Shown here one piece after another: positions 18,789-26,423 of a stretch of 32,000 nucleotides of DNA. The stretch is taken from NCBI GenBank assembly GCA_030149205.1, contig JASBSB010000001.1, positions 420,001 to 452,000 on the forward strand, read 5' to 3'. Position 1 is the first letter of the stretch. Every line of letters begins with the position of its first letter. The position numbers were made by a program, and so were the translations under genes. The stretch comes from Candidatus Heimdallarchaeota archaeon. GTDB taxonomy: Archaea > Asgardarchaeota > Heimdallarchaeia > Heimdallarchaeales > Kariarchaeaceae. Under the pieces are notes generated by a model. That model was given only the letters and a program-made list of their open reading frames with translations. It was not told where the DNA came from and did no database searches.

Positions 18789-20930
18789 TTGGTACAATCA
18801 TTGTCAATTCAAATTGAAAATATTAGTAGCAGAATTCAACAATTTCTAATAATAGTTTTAGCGGGAGTCTATACCACAATACAGTCCCTTGTTCCTTCAA
18901 CTATTAGAATACTTCCGGGTTTGGATATAACAAATCAAGGATTTGGACTATTTGTTCTTGCAACAGGGGCAATGATATTTGGAAAGGGAGTTGGAGCAGG
19001 TTCCGCAGGTTTAGGTGTGATTTTTGACCAGTTTAAAGTTGTTCTTGATGGGTCCTCTGTCCCTAACTTGAATCTTGGGCTATTGGTCGGAACTGTAAGT
19101 TTAGGACTAGGTGCATGGTTAACAGGATTCCTTGAAAACGGTCGTACTGGAGATTTTGTTTCTTCAAGTTTTAAAGGTGTCATGTCAAAGGCGGAAATTC
19201 TTAAAGTGGGGAGAAAAACCTTGGTTTCAATAGTTGGCTTAGGAATCACCTCAAACTTTACGTATGCGTTTGGAGCTCAATTAATAGAAGGTGGAAACAT
19301 CTTTGGAGCTATTACCTATTTTTTGACAACTTTCTTAGAAGACAGCTTTGTGCTCATATTAACAGTTCCAATATCACTTTTAGCATTTGATATTACAAAT
19401 GTTTACAATGAAAAAAAATCAAATTTTATAGAGCAATTAAATCAAAAGGTGGATTATAAAATCGAGGTTTCACAATCTGCTGAAATTTTGAAGGTTTCGT
19501 TACCTGAGACTTCCTTAGTTCAAGGGAAGTGGACACCAGTTGTGGTTGAGTTTATGAATCCATCAACTGAAAAAAAGCAATATCAGGTTGAAGCAGTATT
19601 TACCACAAAATTTTATCCTCACACTGACAAAACACCTCAACTCAAACCTGGTGAGGGATGGAAACAGACATTTTTCGTTCTCCCCAGTAAGCAGAGTTCA
19701 GTTTACGGGAGAATTAGGATAACCAGTAACAACGACATACAGTACAAATCATCAAACCCTGATGAGTCAATTGTTGAAATTACCGCTAATTCAAGAGACC
19801 CCAACACCATAATTGGTTCACTAATAGGCTTAAGTGGTGTAAATTTTGGGATTCTTGGAATTTCTGTTATTTGGGATCAGGTTTTATCATTTTTTTCTAA
19901 CCCTGAATTGCTCTTATCTCAATTTCAATCTACGGTTTCAACATTGTCTGAAGTAATTTTTGCTGAAATCTTATTATTCATTTCATTGTTATTATGGACA
20001 GTGTTTCGTACAAAGAAGGAGAAAACCCAATTTTCACAAAAGATTAGTTTTTCGAGTGATTTAGATGACCAGCTAATTCAATCGCTTAAGGCAAATTCAA
20101 TAAGGATAATGCTCAAAAAATATGGAAATGGGCTAACAAGCGTTTTTCGGGTGCTTATTGGAATAAGCAGTTTAGGGTTAATCATATTTTTGGGAAACCA
20201 GGGGTATCAAGTAATTACAAATCCCACGTACACTGTTACTAACCAAGAGTTGCTTTTTGGTTTAATTTTAGGGATGATAATTTCTTGGGTGCTCGGATTC
20301 AGAGGTTTACAGATAATTACTGAGATGAATCTCAAAAATGCAGCATATAATAATAACCCTGATGACTTTGTTCAAGAGTTCAAACCTGTTGGGGATATAA
20401 ATGAAAATGAACCCAATAATTTTCTATTTAAGGTGATTAATACTTCTGATTTACCAGGAATAAGAATCAAATTTGAATCAACAGATTCAATTGCTCCACC
20501 TTTAATAGAACTACACATAGAACCTGGTGAGATAGCTCAATTTAAGGTCGTAGTCACTCCTAATACAGGAAATCATAAAATTTTAGCATTAGCTTATCCG
20601 CTGTTTGATAAAAAGAAAAAATATGTGAATTTTGATGAATCTGAACCTTTTGCTAAACAGGAGCTTAGTTTTGCAGTAAATTCAAAAGGAGTCCTGGGGA
20701 TGTCAAAAAAACAACAATCCCAACTTAAAGGTATTACTGCTTTGTTGACTGGTTTTACTGGATTACTGGCAGTTATCAATCAGATAGTCCCAGGAAGCAA
20801 TAATTTTACGATAATTCTGGATAACTTACCTGCGCTACTGAGTTTGCAGATCCCGATTTTGGGAGCATATTTCAGCTTGAATTCTACGCTAAAAAATTGG
20901 CTAATTAAATCAGGAGAAAATGACTTATGA
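18789..20930 (+). CDS. Polytopic membrane protein: ECF S-component-like N-terminus plus two Ig-like beta domains, each followed by TM helices
   Basis: About 5-6 TM helices in the first 200 aa, with FGKGVGAGSAGLG resembling the FGPxxG motif of S components. Two soluble segments share an N.S...L/I.PGE...F pattern. ATGA overlap with the next gene. Confidence 0.7.
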   Translation: MVQSLSIQIENISSRIQQFLIIVLAGVYTTIQSLVPSTIRILPGLDITNQGFGLFVLATGAMIFGKGVGAGSAGLGVIFDQFKVVLDGSSVPNLNLGLLVGTVSLGLGAWLTGFLENGRTGDFVSSSFKGVMSKAEILKVGRKTLVSIVGLGITSNFTYAFGAQLIEGGNIFGAITYFLTTFLEDSFVLILTVPISLLAFDITNVYNEKKSNFIEQLNQKVDYKIEVSQSAEILKVSLPETSLVQGKWTPVVVEFMNPSTEKKQYQVEAVFTTKFYPHTDKTPQLKPGEGWKQTFFVLPSKQSSVYGRIRITSNNDIQYKSSNPDESIVEITANSRDPNTIIGSLIGLSGVNFGILGISVIWDQVLSFFSNPELLLSQFQSTVSTLSEVIFAEILLFISLLLWTVFRTKKEKTQFSQKISFSSDLDDQLIQSLKANSIRIMLKKYGNGLTSVFRVLIGISSLGLIIFLGNQGYQVITNPTYTVTNQELLFGLILGMIISWVLGFRGLQIITEMNLKNAAYNNNPDDFVQEFKPVGDINENEPNNFLFKVINTSDLPGIRIKFESTDSIAPPLIELHIEPGEIAQFKVVVTPNTGNHKILALAYPLFDKKKKYVNFDESEPFAKQELSFAVNSKGVLGMSKKQQSQLKGITALLTGFTGLLAVINQIVPGSNNFTIILDNLPALLSLQIPILGAYFSLNSTLKNWLIKSGENDL

Positions 20931-22726
20931 GTAAAAAACTTCTTTCTGTACTAACCTTAACCTTTATTCTGTTGGGAGCAGGGTTTACATATTATTCATT
21001 TACTACCCCAACAATTGACTTAAGTCCAGAATTTGCGGCTCAGGCAATTCAATTAACTTCTGGAGCGAACTTACTCTTTGGAGGAAATGCTTTGAAACTA
21101 CTAAACAAATACGAGGGAATTGGAAAAATAACCAAGGATTATCTTACTGATGTATTTAAATTTAATATGAAAGGGAAAAAGAACACACTTTATTACCAAA
21201 ACTTAAACAATTTGATTCCAGGATATTCCAATCCCCCTAACTTTGCATTTGACCCCACATACAATGAAAGCATATCTACTCAAGGGTTAGGATTCAACAT
21301 TGCACCTTCATCTTTTATTAAAAGTTATCAAAACAAATTCCTCTCAACACCGATTGAAAGTACAGATCCTTTATCAAAGATCCCAGATAGTATGAAAGAA
21401 AATATAAATAAAACATCAAGACTGTTTGATGTTTGGAAACAAACTTTAACAGGAAATACCTCCTATTTTAATTTTGTATCAACTTCTGGCTACTCATTAA
21501 ATTACCCGTTTTTCTCTCTCCCTAAGATTTATGATGGAAGAAATGAATCTTTCTACAACTCTGCGATAATTGGACAAAAAGATCTTGTAATAGTGATTGA
21601 TAGATCTGGATCATTGAACAAAGATACTTTTACTGCACTTAAGAACTCAATTAAGTCAATCATAAACACCCTATCTCCATCAGACAGATTCAATATTTTA
21701 ACATTTTCAGATCATGTTTCTGTTTTTTCGAATAGTTTGAGCAGTGCAACTATTAGTACAAAAATTTTAGCAGAGAAATATATAGATAGAATTAGATTAG
21801 GTGGGCTTTCAGACATTGGGATGGGATTTACTTCGGGATTAAAAATTCTGACAGATTTTGGATATCAGAGGAATAAGCGATTGTTTCTCACCTTTTCAGA
21901 TGGAAAACCTACTTCAGGTGTAATTCAAAATGATTCATTAATCCAAGAGATTGTTAGTGCAAATGGTGGAGCTAAAGCAACCCCAATATTTTACGGGATT
22001 ACCAAAAATCCTAATAATGAAATGTTTACCTCCTTGGCAAATCAGATGGGAGGGTTCTATATTAACACAAATACCACGAGTAAACTACTTAACTTGGTTC
22101 CCAACTATAATAAGCTAATAAACAATATTACTTCTGAAAACAAAATTTGGAGTACTCCCTTTGTAAGCTCTATTAACCACAATATTTTCTCTAACTTAAG
22201 TTTTGCAATAAATTATGCTGGTCAACACTTTGGAGTTTTTAACATCCAAGTTAAGCTATCTGAATTTTTGGAGAGTTTACAGAAGACAAAGTTGTATAAT
22301 TCCCAGACTAACTTTATAATCAACACTGGAGGATACACCTTTGCTCATCCTATATTTGAAAGTCTCCAATTAAAAGACAGAATTACAAACAACCTTCAAC
22401 AACCAATCGAAAATTTTACGCTAACCTCGGCCGATTTCAAAGGGATGTTGACGGATTTAGCCAAAAATAACTATAAGACCAAAATAGTTCAGAGTAATAA
22501 TTTAACTAAGTTTGTGATTTCCTTATCACCGCTTGGACAAACAGGATTGGTTTCAGGAACTATCATCCCATTAACTGAAATAATCAACCAAAACATCTTA
22601 GGTTCACTTTCTGGTCACAGACCAAATTTTGAAGGAATGTATCTTTCCTTTGCTATTGCTGTAACCGTTGGAATAATTATCATTTTGTTAAGTAGCAGAA
22701 TTCTGAAGGAGGAAACAAAACAATGA
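20927..22726 (+). CDS. dCache domain with an inserted VWA (MIDAS) domain; alpha2delta/CACHD1-like membrane-anchored ectoprotein
   Basis: N-terminal TM/signal, then NYP...YDGRNESFY (Cache), [12 protein letters not shown]...GLSD...FSDG (complete MIDAS), WSTPF...FGVFNIQV...[13 protein letters not shown] (Cache continued), a C-terminal TM and a roughly 10-residue tail. Many NxS/T sequons. Confidence 0.85.
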   Translation: [599 protein letters not shown]

Positions 22727-25374
22727 ACAATAATGTAGGGAACAATGACCCAGAAGAGAACAATAAAACTGAACCCAAAGGTAAAAAAATTGAAGCCTCA
22801 TCAGAAGGGGAAAAGATTGATGAAACTACAGAGGAGCCTTCAAAACAAAATGCTGGAATCGAAACTAATACAAACGCTTCTTCAGAACCTCTTGACAGTT
22901 CAGACAGTAATACAGAAACGATAAAAGACTCACCTATAATTAGCGACACTAACCAACCGACTGATTCGAAGAAGGATGTAAGCAAGTTAGATCAAGAACA
23001 TGATAATGAAGAAAAGAATCAAACTGAACTTAAGGGAGGGGATGAGAGTACTCCATCATCACAGAATGATAAAAACTCCACTGGAGGGTCGTTCTTACAA
23101 AGCCTTGGTTCAGTAGGCAATATTTTACCTTTTCAGGTTAGAAAGTCAAAGCCTGAAGATTTAAGTCCGCAGGATCAAATAGAGGCTGCGATTAACGAAA
23201 CAAAACAAAATGTACCTAAATTCTACTCAAAGACAAATTTTTCAGAAAAAACCAGGTTTCAGAAATTCAGAATAGCTACATATAAGTCTCTCTCTCTCTC
23301 GTTAATACCATTATTGATTATCTTGATCGGATTATCTTTTAATTTGCATGCGATTCAAGGAACAGTCTTTGTCGACAACACACGTCAATACTCGACAAAC
23401 TCTATTCAATATTCTAACAAATTAGCAACGCAACTAAATAATGAATACTCAAGCTTCATAAGTTCTATTGAGAGTGAATTTCGGAACCTAAAATTTAACA
23501 TTGCGAGCGATCCAACAACCTATGATATCCAAAGTTTTTCGGTTAATGAAACCGGTGCCACTCCGAACCCTCAGTTCAGCACGAAATATAACAAGATTGT
23601 TGATTATAGTGTATCTGCTTGGCAATTGTTAGCAAAACACAATAGAACGAAATCTGTAAATGATACAGTACAACTAACTGCCCAATTTGACCCATACTTT
23701 ATGACCACATACAATAAAGTTAAGGAAATTCTCTGGATAAGATTAATTCTCGATAACGGGGTTGTACGGACTTACCCTCATTTACCAGATAATTCCTCAA
23801 ATACTAACTTCCAAGCACTTCAGTGGTTCAATAAAACTAAATCAGCATTCAGTTTCGATACATTTGTAACAGGCCTAGAAGTTGATAATATTACATCAAA
23901 ATTGATTTATTCAATAACAAGTCCATATTTTAAGAATGGAATAAAATTGGGTGTTTTGCAAGCTTCAATTGATGTAGTAGAACTAAAACAACAATTTAAT
24001 TTGTTAAAGGGTAAAGGGATTACCCCCTTTTTGATGACAAAGGCTGGCCAAGGAGTCTATCATCCGAAACTTTCACTTAAGCAATTTGGTTGGAATAATA
24101 ATGAGTTAAACCAGAGTATCTTAAAAATTGACCCAGTTATCAATGAGATAAATCGAACTAAAAATATCATTGGGTTAACAAACCAATTAAATGGGAGTGT
24201 TTCAGTAAATACTGTAGGTGTAACATATTGGATATTTCCGATTACTAACACTGGTCAAGTTTTAGGACTTTACTTAGAACTTTCAACCACTCCAGTAAAG
24301 TCTCAATTCGATAGTTTTCAATTACTTGCACTCCCAATTGGAGTAGCTGTTATCCTTCTAGTTTCTATTGTTGGATTACAATTACAATCTGGATTAATTA
24401 AAATAGATAATCTTGAAAAATCGCTTAAAAGGTTTAGAAGGGCTACTAAAATTGAAGGGATATCAAATAGATTAAGGGATACCCTTACTCAAATGAGTAC
24501 AGAAAATATAATTGACAAAACTGGATCAAGGGCAGAGAAGTTAATCAAAGAGAAAGGAAAAGATGCAAGAGAAAATGTGGAAGGTGAAATTTCAAGAGGT
24601 TTGGAAAAGGTGTCTTCAAACATTGATAAAGGTAAATCTATGATCCTTGAAGAGGAAGATACCAATCTTGTTGAGGTAATTGAAAAGGATAAAATTTTGA
24701 CAAAAATATTAGAATCGCTGGAAGAAAATCCGTACTTATTCCTTCAAAACAGGATAAAAATGAAGAATATCAATATTGAGGATATAAAAAATGAAAACTA
24801 TTCCTCTTTAAAAAGCCTAGTTACAGGTGCAGAGAAGCTTTTAATAGCATTAATTGTAGGGCGAAGAATTGATATAGCCAAAATTTCTGATTCCTGTGAG
24901 ATGAATGGAGAACAGCTAAGCGGGTTTTTCACCAGCCTCCCTCTAAATCTTGGAATCACGTTGTCAGAAGATCAAAAATCGATCATGGTAGAACAAAAAT
25001 TGTTATTGGAAAACATTGAATCATTTACTTTGTACTTCAATAAATTCCTCAAAAACCCTAAAAAATACCTTAAACTGTCAACTAGTAATAATGTTGAAAA
25101 AATAGATAAAGTTAAATCTCAAATAGAAAAGTTCTATTCCACAATCCAAGAAAGAAACTCCATTTCATTAGATGAACTTTCAGAGATATTTCAACTCCAT
25201 AAGAAACAAATAATTGAAATTTTTAGTCAGTTGAGTTCCGACAAAAAATTTGGAATTAATTTAGAAGAAAAAACTTTGAGTATTGATGAAGATAAATTCA
25301 AATCTAACCTCTTGGACTTTGTTAAAAAATTCACTTTGATAGTAGTCACAAGATACTCTTTTATCTCCGCTTAA
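22723..25374 (+). CDS. Two-TM dCache receptor with an acidic disordered N-terminus and a cytoplasmic coiled coil plus two winged-helix-like repeats
   Basis: TM1 (LSLIPLLIILIGLSF), then LDNGVVRTYP...QWF...SITSPY...GVLQASID...FLMTKAGQGVYHP (dCache), then TM2 (LLALPIGVAVILLVSIVGL). No HAMP/MCP/HisKA motifs were recognised in the tail. Confidence 0.8.
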   Translation: MNNNVGNNDPEENNKTEPKGKKIEASSEGEKIDETTEEPSKQNAGIETNTNASSEPLDSSDSNTETIKDSPIISDTNQPTDSKKDVSKLDQEHDNEEKNQTELKGGDESTPSSQNDKNSTGGSFLQSLGSVGNILPFQVRKSKPEDLSPQDQIEAAINETKQNVPKFYSKTNFSEKTRFQKFRIATYKSLSLSLIPLLIILIGLSFNLHAIQGTVFVDNTRQYSTNSIQYSNKLATQLNNEYSSFISSIESEFRNLKFNIASDPTTYDIQSFSVNETGATPNPQFSTKYNKIVDYSVSAWQLLAKHNRTKSVNDTVQLTAQFDPYFMTTYNKVKEILWIRLILDNGVVRTYPHLPDNSSNTNFQALQWFNKTKSAFSFDTFVTGLEVDNITSKLIYSITSPYFKNGIKLGVLQASIDVVELKQQFNLLKGKGITPFLMTKAGQGVYHPKLSLKQFGWNNNELNQSILKIDPVINEINRTKNIIGLTNQLNGSVSVNTVGVTYWIFPITNTGQVLGLYLELSTTPVKSQFDSFQLLALPIGVAVILLVSIVGLQLQSGLIKIDNLEKSLKRFRRATKIEGISNRLRDTLTQMSTENIIDKTGSRAEKLIKEKGKDARENVEGEISRGLEKVSSNIDKGKSMILEEEDTNLVEVIEKDKILTKILESLEENPYLFLQNRIKMKNINIEDIKNENYSSLKSLVTGAEKLLIALIVGRRIDIAKISDSCEMNGEQLSGFFTSLPLNLGITLSEDQKSIMVEQKLLLENIESFTLYFNKFLKNPKKYLKLSTSNNVEKIDKVKSQIEKFYSTIQERNSISLDELSEIFQLHKKQIIEIFSQLSSDKKFGINLEEKTLSIDEDKFKSNLLDFVKKFTLIVVTRYSFISA
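23227..23240 (+). repeat. (TC)7 dinucleotide tract inside the dCache receptor gene, at the start of TM1
   Basis: Seen directly (TCTCTCTCTCTCTC, encoding SLSLS). Confidence 0.8.
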
Positions 25375-25408
25375 TACTATTTAACATTGAATATCAATCA
25401 CATATAAG

Positions 25409-26354
25409 GTGAAAGAGAATTGGTCAAGACTAAAACCTCAAATTATTCCTTCAAGTAAGACTATATCAGAAATTTTGAGTTAGAATGAATTTTTTCTGAT
25501 TAGTTACGAAATAACTCAAAGTGGTTTAAGTAGCACCAACATCATAGCTAAAGCTAAAAAAGGCGATAGTTCATATAAATTGGTTGTTCGAATTGAACGA
25601 GCTGAACTAACTTGTCAAATTATTTTTAGTGTATATAGGCTTTTAAAAGAAATTTGAGTTTCTTCCGAGGATATTTTAGGCAAACTGTAATCTCATTAGT
25701 TCTTTTATGAACCCATATTCTGTTTGGGATTTCTTTCCTGAAATTGAACTCCACAGAATAAATTACATACAAAATTTATAACTTCTCAAGAAAATTGGCT
25801 CAGTATTGGGAGAAATTCATAGCATAGAGTTCGGCAAAAGCGGATTTTTACAAATCAGAATCTAAAAATTATGAATTTTTCATTGAGTGAAAACAATATC
25901 CCCCATATTGCTGAACAATTTATCAACAATATCCCAATACTTAAATCAGATTTTAAAATTAAAGTAAAGGATTGGCTAATTTAGCAGAAAGGTCTTTTAA
26001 GCTCTGTTAATCCTATCAACTCACTAGTGGGTGATGATTTCAATGAACATAATATTCTGATGTCAGATGATGAGATAGAAAATATTTGGGTCATTGATTT
26101 GGAATTTTGTTTTTCAGGAAGTATTTATTGGGATATTGGAAATTTTTTTAGAATTTTTAAAAATGTGAATTCTGAACAACTACTTTACTTCGAATCAGGT
26201 TATCGAGAATCTGGAAAGATTACCAAATGAATGGATCATGATTGCAAAAATAAATGACCTAATAACATTGCTCAGTCTGTTGGAATATTCTTATGTCGAT
26301 CAACAAAGAGTTGATGATGTTATGGTAATTCTTGGAAGGTACATATCATATTAG
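25409..26354 (+). pseudogene. Decayed aminoglycoside phosphotransferase/choline kinase (APH) family gene
   Basis: Joined across frames it reads MKENWSRLKP..., GLSSTN...YKLVVRI, PYSVWDF, KIGSVLGEIHSIEF.KSGF, LVGDDFNEHNIL...IDLEF..SG..YWDIGNFFR, LPNEW..IAK..DLITLLSLL. In-frame stops fall at 25481, 25655, 25688, 25697, 25779 and 25982, with at least 3 frame changes. The track's 67-aa ORF is one fragment. Confidence 0.85.
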
Positions 26355-26423
26355 AGCCTGAATTAGGTGATCACTCTTAATCAATAAGTAATGGTTTTTA
26401 TTTACAGTTATTAATTAAATTTA

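Noticed and set aside
22723-25374. Methyl-accepting chemotaxis protein or histidine kinase call
   Set aside because: No MCP signalling hairpin motif, H-box or HATPase G boxes in the cytoplasmic part.
25409-26354. Stop-codon recoding (pyrrolysine, selenocysteine or alternative code) in the APH-like region
   Set aside because: Stops are a mix of TAG, TGA and TAA, frameshifts are also required, and neighbouring genes use all three stops normally.
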